NCBI GenBank assembly: GCA_007376345.1 | Contig: VMGA01000003.1 | Location: 1-62,712, forward strand | Source: Microgenomates group bacterium Gr01-1014_16 | Lineage (GTDB): Bacteria; Patescibacteriota; Microgenomatia; CAZETR01; Amesbacteraceae | Direction of reading: 5' to 3' | Length of the DNA stretch: 62,712 bases | Part shown: piece by piece, positions 27,545 to 36,622 of the stretch | How the letters are laid out: each line of letters begins with the position of its first letter | Position numbering within the stretch: the stretch's first letter is position 1 | Notes under the pieces: generated by a model | What the model was told of the DNA's origin: nothing | The model's database searches: none | What the model saw: only the letters and a program-made list of their open reading frames with translations | Made by a program: the position numbers and the translations under genes

Positions 27545-28711
27545 TTAGTGAAGGCGACCCTCCAATAAGATCGCTCCCGCCAATACTATTATCCCCACTA
27601 GTTCAAGTATCGCGTACCACGCGGGCCCTATTTGCAAGGCTCCCACCACCCCAATCATTCCCAACGCCAAAAAGACACCCCGCGTCTCCCCTAATTTCAT
27701 CATCAATCCGCGCGCGCTCAAAAACACGACCACCAGCAGCAATGTCAAATCAGAATAATTTACATGCCGGCTGGTAAACAAAGCCAAAAGTATAGCTAGG
27801 GCCCATCTCAAATCCAGCTCCTCAGAATCAACTCTCCATTTTCCTCTCCACACCAAAAATCCCACTATCATTACCACTGTCACACCTACCAACCAAACTG
27901 CGTCCCCCAACTGAAGTTTAGCCACCAATCCACTCCAACTATACTCCAGCTGGCTGTGTAATCCGTATGTTTCCCCCAGGTTCACTGCCTTCATACCCAA
28001 AGTCATCCATCCCACCAGTCCCGTCCATCCCACCATGTACCAACTTACTACCATCAACCCCAATATCCCCACCACCACGCCCCCCAAAAATCTCGTTTCC
28101 TTCTTCACGGTCCACATCAACACCAAAACCATCAGTAAATGCGGTTTTACCAGCATTAGCGACATCACCACTCCTGCCCAAAAAATTTTATTTCGCCTGG
28201 CCAACTCTGCCACCCCCCACATCGCCATTGCCAACCATCCGTCAAATCTTCCGTGTAGCCAATTCACTACCATTGGCGGAAATATCATCACCCCAATTAT
28301 CACCAACATTCCTCTTCCCAATCCTTTCCACGTCTCCGCTATCCCTCTTCCTCCTGCCATCCAGCTCGCCCAGCCCACAGTCATCACTACATTAATCCCT
28401 GCCCACACCCTATACGCTATCTCCACCCCCCACCCGGTCAATGGGACCAATATCAACACCGCCACCGGCAAATAAAACATCGGCAACACCCTCTGGCTTT
28501 CCGCCGCTTCCGGAAACAGTTTCCCCTGCCACTGCTTCTGTTCCTCCAGGTCATACAGCCTCTCCCCCGCCCCGCTCTTCCACATCACGGCTGCCCTAAA
28601 AAACGACCCGAAGTCTTTATTCACCATTCGGTTTTCAGCTTCCCGCTCTACATATTTCCACTGTGCTACCAGTAATACCCCGACTATTGCCAATACTATC
28701 CCCCACCTCAT
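27545..28711 (-). CDS. polytopic membrane protein (DUF2029/GT87-like, tentative)
   Basis: 388 aa, almost entirely TM helices. Confidence 0.4.
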   Translation of the reverse strand: MRWGIVLAIVGVLLVAQWKYVEREAENRMVNKDFGSFFRAAVMWKSGAGERLYDLEEQKQWQGKLFPEAAESQRVLPMFYLPVAVLILVPLTGWGVEIAYRVWAGINVVMTVGWASWMAGGRGIAETWKGLGRGMLVIIGVMIFPPMVVNWLHGRFDGWLAMAMWGVAELARRNKIFWAGVVMSLMLVKPHLLMVLVLMWTVKKETRFLGGVVVGILGLMVVSWYMVGWTGLVGWMTLGMKAVNLGETYGLHSQLEYSWSGLVAKLQLGDAVWLVGVTVVMIVGFLVWRGKWRVDSEELDLRWALAILLALFTSRHVNYSDLTLLLVVVFLSARGLMMKLGETRGVFLALGMIGVVGALQIGPAWYAILELVGIIVLAGAILLEGRLH

Positions 28712-30252
28712 TACATCCCCTTTCTCATAAATATCAATGCCGCCCCATCTTCATACACCATCTTCCATCCGACCGCTTCCAGTCTTACCGGCAATGGTTT
28801 CGGTTTTTTCCCCGGCTTCCCTAGTTCAATATTTATCCACACTTTAGTTTTAACCAGATCCCTCTTCGGCCACAACACCGCCTCCACTCCATGTTTATCA
28901 AAAATCGGCTCAAAATCCGCCCCCTCCCGGGTAATGTCCAAAAACTCCTCAAACGCCGAATAACCAGGCATTAAACATTGAACATTGAACATTGAACATT
29001 TCCATGATGGCATTCTCCCGTCCACAAATGTCTTATACTCCGGCAACTTCCAAATCAGATACCCTCCCCAATCATATGTAGAAAACAGCCTTCCCATGTC
29101 AGGCTGTCCTTTTAGCCATGCCACGGCTTTTTGCGGATAAAAACTGGCCTCACTCAAACTCCTCGAAAACCACAACTCCAACCCGCCCTGGACCACAAAT
29201 ACCATCACTGCCACTCCCACCATCAATTTATAAAATCCGCCCAGTCTCCGTCTCGCCTCGTCGTTTACCCCCACATCCTCCTCAAAAGCTTTCCACACCT
29301 TCCCCAGTCCCCATCCGGCCGTCAGGGCAAATACCGGCATATGCCGCAGGCTGGACAATCCTGCCACAAAAGTTCCCCCCACTATTAATCTTTCCGGCCA
29401 ACCCATCACCCTTCTGTATTTCCACCCCCACATCCCCACCATTGCCGCTAGCATCCAAAATGCTAAATCCACCCCCCCGTACCACGGCAGCCACTCGGCA
29501 ATCGTCGTCTTCAGACTCCGGTCCCCCGCCACTTCCCCAATCTCTTTCCACAACCTAATTCCATACGGGTTTATTAATACTGCCGCCACAACCAACCCCC
29601 CAACAAATAAGGCTTTTACTGCTTGGCTTCCCTCTCCTGCGGCGAAGCCACGAGCTTGCGAGATGCTAGGAGAGGGACCAGAGGGTGAGGTAGGGGGTAA
29701 GGTATTAGTAAGAATTTTCCCCGTCACCCCAGCTCCCAAAATCGCCAAACCCATCGCCACTCCGCTATGCAAATTTACCCACCAGCCGAAAATCACCGGC
29801 ACTACCCATTTCCACTTTTGCCAAACAGCATCTTCAAGTAATCTCAATATCACGGCAATCAGTAACCAATCTTCTACCTGTTGCCTCACTCCGGCTCTTC
29901 CGATCAAAACTGCTGCTCCCAATATCGCAGTCACTACCCCCCATCTTCCCTTGTCTGTCACTAGCCACAATGCTCCTATCGCCATAGTCGCGTACACCGC
30001 CGCCAAAAACTCTGTTCCCCCGGCCTGATACCCCACCCAAACCAGCACATCAGACAACCAGGCGTGGTCAATATATTTCCAATCGGGCATGGTGTACGAA
30101 AACGGATCGGTCACGGGCAACCCCGACTTCACAATCACTTCTCCCGTTCTCAAGTGCTGCCCAAAGTCCGGGTCCAGCATCCACAGCCCCTTCACCAAAA
30201 ACACCACCCACAATAAAACCCAACTAACAACCCGCCAGTAATTCTTTTTCAT
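28711..30252 (-). CDS. polytopic membrane protein with a C-terminal soluble domain
   Basis: 513 aa with about 10 or more TM helices. Contains a palindromic element (expanded loop) and a TTGAACA tract in-frame. Confidence 0.45.
   Translation of the reverse strand: MKKNYWRVVSWVLLWVVFLVKGLWMLDPDFGQHLRTGEVIVKSGLPVTDPFSYTMPDWKYIDHAWLSDVLVWVGYQAGGTEFLAAVYATMAIGALWLVTDKGRWGVVTAILGAAVLIGRAGVRQQVEDWLLIAVILRLLEDAVWQKWKWVVPVIFGWWVNLHSGVAMGLAILGAGVTGKILTNTLPPTSPSGPSPSISQARGFAAGEGSQAVKALFVGGLVVAAVLINPYGIRLWKEIGEVAGDRSLKTTIAEWLPWYGGVDLAFWMLAAMVGMWGWKYRRVMGWPERLIVGGTFVAGLSSLRHMPVFALTAGWGLGKVWKAFEEDVGVNDEARRRLGGFYKLMVGVAVMVFVVQGGLELWFSRSLSEASFYPQKAVAWLKGQPDMGRLFSTYDWGGYLIWKLPEYKTFVDGRMPSWKCSMFNVQCLMPGYSAFEEFLDITREGADFEPIFDKHGVEAVLWPKRDLVKTKVWINIELGKPGKKPKPLPVRLEAVGWKMVYEDGAALIFMRKGM
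28969..29001 (+). repeat. TTGAACA heptamer tract, in-frame in 28711..30252
   Basis: Encodes KCSMFNVQCLM. Confidence 0.9.
29629..29704 (+). repeat. palindromic hairpin element with an expanded loop (E6), in-frame inside 28711..30252
   Basis: tccctctcc-[28-nt insert]-ggagaggg-accagagggtgaggtagggggtaaggta, translated as ..TLPPTSPSGPSPSISQARGFAAGEGS.. Confidence 0.65.
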
Positions 30253-30625
30253 TTTTGAATGCTAACATTGTTAAAGCTTCATCTTTCGTTACCCATTTTA
30301 CTTCTTCAGTCTCAAAGTCATACCCCTCCGGCACGTCTTTTTCCCATTCCATCACAAAATAAGTTATGAATTTCATCACCGTCTCCCCCTTATCCTTAAA
30401 AAATACCTTTATTGTTGGCAATTTTTTAATTATTTTCGCCTCCACTCCCCCCTCCTCCCTCACTTCCCTCACCGCCGCTTCTTCCAGCTTTTCTCCCTCG
30501 TCCACCCAACCTTTAGGAAAGCCCCATCCTAGATTTCCCCGATACTCTGGATTGGCCTTCGGCCGCCGCAACAGCACCTTACTCCCCTTAAACACAATCC
30601 CTCCGGCACTAAATTCACGTCGCAT
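30224..30625 (-). CDS. NUDIX hydrolase
   Basis: Nudix box GWGFPKGWVDEGEKLEEAAVREVREEGG. Confidence 0.85.
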   Translation of the reverse strand: MRREFSAGGIVFKGSKVLLRRPKANPEYRGNLGWGFPKGWVDEGEKLEEAAVREVREEGGVEAKIIKKLPTIKVFFKDKGETVMKFITYFVMEWEKDVPEGYDFETEEVKWVTKDEALTMLAFKNEKELLAGC

Positions 30626-30656
30626 GAAGCCATTTTAGCGTATAATTTGCGCTACT

Positions 30657-30741
30657 GGAGGGTTGGCCGAGCGGTAAGGCGTTGGTCTTGAAAACCAATG
30701 AGCGTAAGCTCTCGGGGGTTCGATTCCCTCACCCTCCGCCA
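30657..30741 (+). tRNA. tRNA-Ser (TGA), CCA encoded
   Basis: Acceptor GGAGGGT/ACCCTCC, anticodon loop CTTGAAA, long variable arm, T-loop TTCGATT, 3' GCCA. Confidence 0.9.
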
Positions 30742-30744
30742 GTT

Positions 30745-31167
30745 ATGAATTCAAAAAATAAAATCTTAATTGGAGTGTTTATCAGCGGATTAGTTTTAAT
30801 TGGTTTGTGGTGGATATTGGATAAGCAAAAAATCTCAACCGAAAAAACAGAACCTAGGCAATGTAATCTAGAAAAAATCACCTTTGATCTAACCGAAATT
30901 GACGAAAATGGATTGATCGGCCCGCCAGACAGGAAAGTTTCTGAGGACTACGAATTTTGTATTCCTCACGAAGATCAATATCTACAGGAAATTAAGAAAA
31001 TAAACCAAAATATCAAGTGTCATTACGGATCTGAGGGGCGAGTAGGATGTACTGATGCGGAATATTTATGTATCGGGAACACGGGTTTCAAGGATTTTAG
31101 AAACATTTTATGTAAACTATCAACACTGGGTTACATAGATCGTATAGACCGAACTCTTTGGGAATAA
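30745..31167 (+). CDS. hypothetical membrane-anchored protein
   Basis: Start moved to MNSKNKILIGVFISGLVLIGLWW, past the tRNA. Cys-containing ectodomain. Confidence 0.4.
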   Translation: MNSKNKILIGVFISGLVLIGLWWILDKQKISTEKTEPRQCNLEKITFDLTEIDENGLIGPPDRKVSEDYEFCIPHEDQYLQEIKKINQNIKCHYGSEGRVGCTDAEYLCIGNTGFKDFRNILCKLSTLGYIDRIDRTLWE

Positions 31168-31200
31168 GTTTTATGACATTACTTGTGGTATATTATCTGT

Positions 31201-31710
31201 ATGCCGGATAAGTCCGATCCCCAGATTCAGCAGGAAAAGATTCTCATTTCCTGGCAAGCCCCCGTCCGCCTGGTTGCCCCCGGCAACAAGCAAATTTACA
31301 CCACCGCTATTGTCATCCTCTCTCTGGTCGGAATTATTTTAGCCATCGCCGGCGAATGGATGCTCATTGCCACCCTGGCCGCCCTCCTTTTTGCCTACTA
31401 TCTCTGGTCCACCGCTACCCCGGAAATGACTTCATATTCCATATCCAACTGGGGCATTCGAGCCCACGAACGCCTGTATCGCTGGCAGGAAATGGATCGC
31501 TGGTGGCTGGACTCCAAATGGGGCAAAGATCTTTTGGTTATAGATACTCCCTTTAGTTTCCCCCCCCGGCTTCACCTCATCCTGGGCGCTACCAAGACCA
31601 AAGACGTCTCCGATATTATGGCCAAATATCTGATCATGGAAAAGCCTCTGCCTACCACCCTGGACAAAACTTCCTCCTGGCTCTCCGCCAAATTCCCTCT
31701 TCATATATAA
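31201..31710 (+). CDS. hypothetical two-TM membrane protein
   Basis: Start at MPDKSDP. Two adjacent TM helices are followed by a Trp-rich soluble domain. Confidence 0.4.
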   Translation: MPDKSDPQIQQEKILISWQAPVRLVAPGNKQIYTTAIVILSLVGIILAIAGEWMLIATLAALLFAYYLWSTATPEMTSYSISNWGIRAHERLYRWQEMDRWWLDSKWGKDLLVIDTPFSFPPRLHLILGATKTKDVSDIMAKYLIMEKPLPTTLDKTSSWLSAKFPLHI

Positions 31711-31718
31711 TACTCTCA

Positions 31719-34103
31719 ATGCTCGAAAAGTTTGGTCATTGGTTCTTGGTACTTGCGATTTTATTGGGATTTGGGATTTGGTCATTGAGTTTTGCCTCGC
31801 CTTTGGCGAGGGCAGCCTGTTGGTGCACTACTCCGAATGCGACCACTCCCTGCGGCTGTGGCTACAGTCGTCCTCCTGGAGGACAATTTGATGAAGACGC
31901 CCTCAAAGCCAAATATTCCAGCGGCACATATATACCCGGACTAGATTATGTTGATCCTGAATTCTTTGATGGTGCTTATCATTCCGCCTCTCTTTGGGGT
32001 GTCCAACTAGAATGTAATACGGCCAAAGAAGCCAACAATTTTTACGCCAATCGCTCTCCCATTTGTCTCGGACTCGGACCGGAACAGGTTCCTTATTGCG
32101 CTTGCCGTCTCGATCCAAACGGCTCCATTGATTGTAGTCAAGTCACTTGTTACGGCACCGGAGCATACGTCAATAATGTCAATTTACCTAGAAACATCCC
32201 TGACGCCACCGCTGGATTAATAGAATGGAAACAAGATGTTGACTTCAATGGATTTCACGCCACTAACGTTAAAGATCTTCTGGTTTGTAGCTCGTCAGAT
32301 TTTTGTTGCAACAGAGGAGATCCGGATCCCCCCGGTTCCAAGCGTATTTTTCAATGCGCTGGAGACACAAACCCCCAGTTTCCTGGGTATGATAACTACA
32401 CCCACATTTGTCAACCGGAACGCAATGACTTAGTTTCCAAACTCAATCCCCAATGCGGCAACGACGAAACGGGCGGCGAATCCCGCCTCTTTTTCCCCCA
32501 CCTCAAATCCACTTCATTTTTAGCCACCCTGCTCCAATCCATGTTCATCCCCCACCCCAGCAGCCTTATTAGAAATCTCTTACCGACCAAAAACCTTGCC
32601 GACTACCTCAACAAAACAGTTACCAATCCCAACATCGATACTTCAAAAGTATATGAACACCAGGGAATAGACGATCAGACCCGAGTCGTCAATACTTCAG
32701 ACAACAATTCTTCAGTAATCGTAAATCGTGACGTCCAGCCCCCATATCCCGCTCCCAGATCTCCCTACAACTCATATGTTTGTTCTCTGACCCCCGTTCA
32801 ATCCAACAATCCCGGCGATGATTTATTGGGCCCCAAAATCCGTGCCTCGCTCACCTTCACTCAAAAATTCACTTACTCCTATTTGGGCAAACGCCCCGGA
32901 TGTAAAGAGGACGGTGCAGAGACAACCGACCTCAAGCTGTGTTGCTCCGTCGATCCCGCCACTCCCACCCCCGGCGGCCCCACCCCCACCCCGGGAACTT
33001 CATCTGGATGCGAATGCCAAATACCGTTCCAGTCTTGTCCCCCTGATAAACCAAGCGAAATTCCCAACCCAATCTGCACAGACACCGGCAGAGCTTGTTG
33101 CCCAGCCACCACTCCCGGCGGCCCCACTCTTGTCTGCCCCCCCATTCCTCCCCCTGGCCACCCCAAGCTTCCCAGCACCGGCACTCTCAACGTCGCCGTC
33201 AAAACTCCCCTCGTCGAGTATATTTCCGATACTGTTCTCACTGGTACCCAAGCCCTCATCAACCGTTTCTTTCCCCAGGGTTGGACCAAAACTATCCAGG
33301 AACTCCCCGTCCCGGTCACCTATTCCGCCTCCAGTGGCACCGTTCCTCTCAAAGTCGGCGACGGATCAACCTCAATTCCCACTTTCTACATCCCCAGAAT
33401 TGGCGCCTTATATCAACATTTTCTCGGCTCCGGCTGCAATTCCTATAATCTCCAACGTCTCCTCCGCCCCCTAGGTCTCATGGGCACCTGCCCCCCACCC
33501 GGTTCAGTCTATATCCCGCCTCCGACTACCCAATGTACTGAATTCTCTGTTCCCCTGGTAACCCAAGCCATCCAACTTGCTGCCGCCAGATATAATGTTC
33601 CCGTCTCTCTTCTTACTGCCGTTTTTGAAATCGAATCCTTCCCCTATATCACCGGCGCAATTCCCTATGTTTGTCAAAACAATCCCGCCCTAGCCGCCGG
33701 TCCCATGCAAATTACCCGCCCCACCTATGAACTTGTCACCTGTGCTGGTGAAGAATACCCCAACGATATAGGCATCTGTACTTCCGTTGCCGGGAAACTC
33801 TCCCGCTGCAGTATTGCTGACAACGTCGAGCTCGCCGCTCGCGTATTACTCTCCAAAGTCGGTTTGTGGAACTATACAACTTGTCAACCAACCGGAACAA
33901 TTTCACCCACAGCCAAAAGAACAATTTATGACGCAGTCAATCGTTATTATGGATTATGCGCCCCCGATAGTTTCACTAGGAACTATTCATACATTCTTCC
34001 GGGTCCCAAGCGAACTTTAGGTGACAATTACGGAGACATTATTCTCAACAAAATGGGTTTCATAAATTCACAATCAGATTACATTATCCCCCAATGCCCA
34101 TGA
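31719..34103 (+). CDS. large Cys-rich secreted protein with a C-terminal lytic-transglycosylase (SLT)-like domain
   Basis: Signal/TM helix, many Cys, Pro/Thr-rich linkers. The C-terminus LLTAVFEIES...AAGPMQITRPTY resembles the SLT catalytic E-S ... G-x-M-Q motifs. Confidence 0.5.
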   Translation: MLEKFGHWFLVLAILLGFGIWSLSFASPLARAACWCTTPNATTPCGCGYSRPPGGQFDEDALKAKYSSGTYIPGLDYVDPEFFDGAYHSASLWGVQLECNTAKEANNFYANRSPICLGLGPEQVPYCACRLDPNGSIDCSQVTCYGTGAYVNNVNLPRNIPDATAGLIEWKQDVDFNGFHATNVKDLLVCSSSDFCCNRGDPDPPGSKRIFQCAGDTNPQFPGYDNYTHICQPERNDLVSKLNPQCGNDETGGESRLFFPHLKSTSFLATLLQSMFIPHPSSLIRNLLPTKNLADYLNKTVTNPNIDTSKVYEHQGIDDQTRVVNTSDNNSSVIVNRDVQPPYPAPRSPYNSYVCSLTPVQSNNPGDDLLGPKIRASLTFTQKFTYSYLGKRPGCKEDGAETTDLKLCCSVDPATPTPGGPTPTPGTSSGCECQIPFQSCPPDKPSEIPNPICTDTGRACCPATTPGGPTLVCPPIPPPGHPKLPSTGTLNVAVKTPLVEYISDTVLTGTQALINRFFPQGWTKTIQELPVPVTYSASSGTVPLKVGDGSTSIPTFYIPRIGALYQHFLGSGCNSYNLQRLLRPLGLMGTCPPPGSVYIPPPTTQCTEFSVPLVTQAIQLAAARYNVPVSLLTAVFEIESFPYITGAIPYVCQNNPALAAGPMQITRPTYELVTCAGEEYPNDIGICTSVAGKLSRCSIADNVELAARVLLSKVGLWNYTTCQPTGTISPTAKRTIYDAVNRYYGLCAPDSFTRNYSYILPGPKRTLGDNYGDIILNKMGFINSQSDYIIPQCP
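31758..31781 (+). repeat. TGGGATT heptamer tract in the signal/TM region of 31719..34103
   Basis: attttattgggatttgggatttgg, encoding ILLGFGIW. Confidence 0.7.
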
Positions 34104-35110
34104 AAAAACTATTTTTTATACTTACACTTTTACACCTTTACACTTTTATGCTTCCGCGGCCAGCCTCCGCCCAATCAACCGATTTAACTCAATTCATAGC
34201 CGGACCAAATTTCATAGAACACTTGTTAAGCACCGGCGAAACTATCCGTTTTACCAACCAAGGAACGACCGCCTGTCCCGGTGGATCTTCTCCTGCCAGA
34301 ATGTATAAAAATAATAATTACGAACAATATTGCGTTGGCTCTTCGGGTGTATTCCGTCAGGAAGATACCAGCTGGGCTCCCCTTCCGGGATTTCAAGATG
34401 CGCACTGCCTAAACGGTGACAGGGCCATCTATACGTTAGACCCGGGATGCACCAAATATTCCGAAGGCCAAATAGTTAGTGGGGACGGAACTCTCTGGGC
34501 CATTCCATCCGCCTCTGTCGGTCAAACCTGGAACACCCAAGTTCACCAGATAGTCACAATTGATTCGGTCAAACTTGCCAATAACAATCAAAAAAACTAT
34601 TGTACTCTCGTCGATCTTTCTGGGTACTCAAATCCTGCCGCCTGCAACCAATCAAACACCATTCTTTTCGCTCAATTCATTCCAGCCAATTCAGGATTTA
34701 GATTTTGCACAGGAATAGAAAATCCTGAAGATATGATCAAACTCCAAAACACTGGTGGCGCCGGCTCTGGAGAAACATACTATTTCATGAAGGGATATGG
34801 TCTGGTTGGCTTCGAAGCCACGGGGTTCATTGCCGGGCTGATGGGACCGGGCGCAAACCCTTCCGGTTGCACTGGAGGGTCTGGTCCTCCGCCCGGTTCT
34901 CCTTCCAACCCCAATCCCCTCCTCTGGTCACCGGTACTAAAAGTTGGTTGTCCGGATTACAAAACCAATTTCCACTATCTCCGCCCGTATCCCGGCAACC
35001 CGATGTGCGATCCACTTATCCCCAGAACCAATCCAGACGCCGAGTCAGATCCCAACAAAAAATACAACACTTTGTCTTGCGGAAACAGTCTTTCCGGAGA
35101 ATCAACCTAA
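34094..35110 (+). CDS. hypothetical secreted protein
   Basis: Signal peptide ending PASAQS. It overlaps the upstream gene by 10 nt. Confidence 0.5.
   Translation: MPMKKLFFILTLLHLYTFMLPRPASAQSTDLTQFIAGPNFIEHLLSTGETIRFTNQGTTACPGGSSPARMYKNNNYEQYCVGSSGVFRQEDTSWAPLPGFQDAHCLNGDRAIYTLDPGCTKYSEGQIVSGDGTLWAIPSASVGQTWNTQVHQIVTIDSVKLANNNQKNYCTLVDLSGYSNPAACNQSNTILFAQFIPANSGFRFCTGIENPEDMIKLQNTGGAGSGETYYFMKGYGLVGFEATGFIAGLMGPGANPSGCTGGSGPPPGSPSNPNPLLWSPVLKVGCPDYKTNFHYLRPYPGNPMCDPLIPRTNPDAESDPNKKYNTLSCGNSLSGEST
34121..34150 (+). repeat. TTTACAC-type tract forming the signal-peptide core of 34094..35110
   Basis: Encodes LTLLHLYTFML. Confidence 0.75.
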
Positions 35111-35556
35111 ATACCGCCAATTTGGGAATTTTAGGTAATACCCAAACCGACGGTAGTTTACCCAATGTCACCAAACAAAACGAGTACTTGAGCTGGTATC
35201 TGTCAGGGCCGTCTACTGTCGACAGTCGCAGCACTACAAACTTAGGTAACGACGCCGGCCCAGTCTGGAAATTATTACCCGCCATACTCAAAGACAAAGC
35301 CCAGCAAGCCGTCAGGGGATCAATCGGTACCGAAGTCCATCCGGTCGACAATTTTCGCTACCAATCCTCTCCCATTACTTCTATGGAAGACCTGGCCGGT
35401 GAATTCATCCCCTATGCCGACAAAAACAATAAACCCCCCGAAATTGTCGATCCCGTTTGTCCTTCAATCGTTCCTGCCGGCCCATTAGCCGCCGGAGCCA
35501 CCTGCACCGCCCCCTACGTCGTCATCCCCAAATCCGCCATCCCCGCCGGCCACTAA
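35101..35556 (+). other. coding-like open frame without a start codon, possibly the shifted C-terminal part of 34094..35110
   Basis: A protein-like translation (NLGILGNTQTDGSLPNVTKQNEYLSWYLSG...VCPSIVPAGPLAAGATCTAPYVVIPK) begins exactly where the upstream frame stops. There is no ATG/GTG and no properly spaced SD. Confidence 0.35.
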
Positions 35557-35563
35557 TCTCAAG

Positions 35564-35635
35564 TGCCTCCTGTGCGAATCGGACGCACATCTACGGTTCC
35601 GGAAACCGGCGCTCTGTCCATTGAGCTAAGGAGGC
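35564..35635 (-). tRNA. tRNA-Arg (CCG) with an atypical T-loop
   Basis: Reverse complement folds as GCCTCCT-TA-GCTC..GAGC-G-CCGGT-TTCCGGA-ACCGT-AGAT-GTGCG-TCCGATT-CGCAC-AGGAGGC-A. There is a 27:43 mismatch, and the T-loop reads TCC where TTC is expected. Confidence 0.7.
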
Positions 35636-35640
35636 CTGAG

Positions 35641-35727
35641 CGGAGAGAGTGGGATTCGAACCCACGAGGATGTTACCACCCTACCGCTTTTCGAGAGCGG
35701 CCAGTTCAACCACTCCTGCATCTCTCC
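35641..35727 (-). tRNA. tRNA-Ser (CGA), class II
   Basis: Reverse complement: acceptor GGAGAGA/TCTCTCC, anticodon loop CTCGAAA, long variable arm, T-arm GTGGG-TTCGAAT-CCCAC. Confidence 0.85.
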
Positions 35728-35778
35728 CCGGGCTCGCCCTGAGCGAGTCGATGGGCTCGCACTGAGCCTGTCGAAGTG

Positions 35779-35850
35779 TGCTCCCGATAGGAATCGAACC
35801 TATATTTTGTCTTCCGCAAAGACACGCTCTGTCCATTGAGCTACGGGAGC
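35779..35850 (-). tRNA. tRNA-Arg (GCG)
   Basis: Reverse complement: GCTCCCG-TA-GCTC..GAGC-G-TGTCT-TTGCGGA-AGACA-AAAT-ATAGG-TTCGATT-CCTAT-CGGGAGC-A. All stems are perfect. Confidence 0.85.
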
Positions 35851-36543
35851 AGCTGGAACTATTATTCTTTTCCCAACCAATCTCTCCCCCAGAGCATATC
35901 CGTATTGTAAAATACGCTCCTTCAGATTGATGTCATTATATCTGATCGTGCATATTCCACCAAAATTCCTCCTAAAAGTCTTCTCCTTATTGCGCTTCTT
36001 CCAATAAATCTTTCCGAATTTGGAGATAGGAATTTCCAATAGTCCTGACCAGTACCGAACTATCTCGCTTGATTTGTGATAATAATGCAAATGTAATCTA
36101 ACTCTCCATTTTCTCTCGTCAATCTGATAACAAGAGCGTAATAATGTTACAAACAACAAACACATCCTCGGATCAACATTCACAAAGCCAACTGTTGAAC
36201 CTGTTTTAGAACCCTCGCTCCAATACAATATCGCTAAAACCATCTTCTTTACTTCCAAGGCGATATCTTCAATCTTTCCAACTTCTCCCCAAGACTCATT
36301 GCGTATTTTTTCAAATCTCTGAATTTTCTCCTTTTTAAGAGCCGCAACCGCCATAGACTGTATAGACTTAATCCACTCTCTGTTATTAAACCGTTCAGGT
36401 CTTGGCAATGGCTTAACCCATTCAAATACGGTTGTCCTCGGAACCCCCAACTCCTTCATAATCTCCCCCAAAGACCTACCTTCTCGTCTCAATTTAACAG
36501 CTCTTAATTTAATCTCATCCTGCCAAACTATTCTCATAAACAA
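35800..36543 (-). CDS. HTH-domain protein with a possible degenerate LAGLIDADG-like homing-endonuclease core (tentative)
   Basis: N-terminal HTH (RSLGEIMKELGVPRTTVFEW). The segment LAILYWSEGSKTG...FVTLLRSCYQI resembles single-motif LAGLIDADG proteins. The last 17 codons read through tRNA-Arg(GCG) on the same strand. Confidence 0.4.
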   Translation of the reverse strand: MFMRIVWQDEIKLRAVKLRREGRSLGEIMKELGVPRTTVFEWVKPLPRPERFNNREWIKSIQSMAVAALKKEKIQRFEKIRNESWGEVGKIEDIALEVKKMVLAILYWSEGSKTGSTVGFVNVDPRMCLLFVTLLRSCYQIDERKWRVRLHLHYYHKSSEIVRYWSGLLEIPISKFGKIYWKKRNKEKTFRRNFGGICTIRYNDINLKERILQYGYALGERLVGKRIIVPAAPVAQWTERVFAEDKI

Positions 36544-36622
36544 CTCTAAACTTTAGAATATACCAAAGAATACCCGAATTCAAGTAGTAATTTCGGTCAA
36601 TTTTTGAGACAATCAGCCATAA

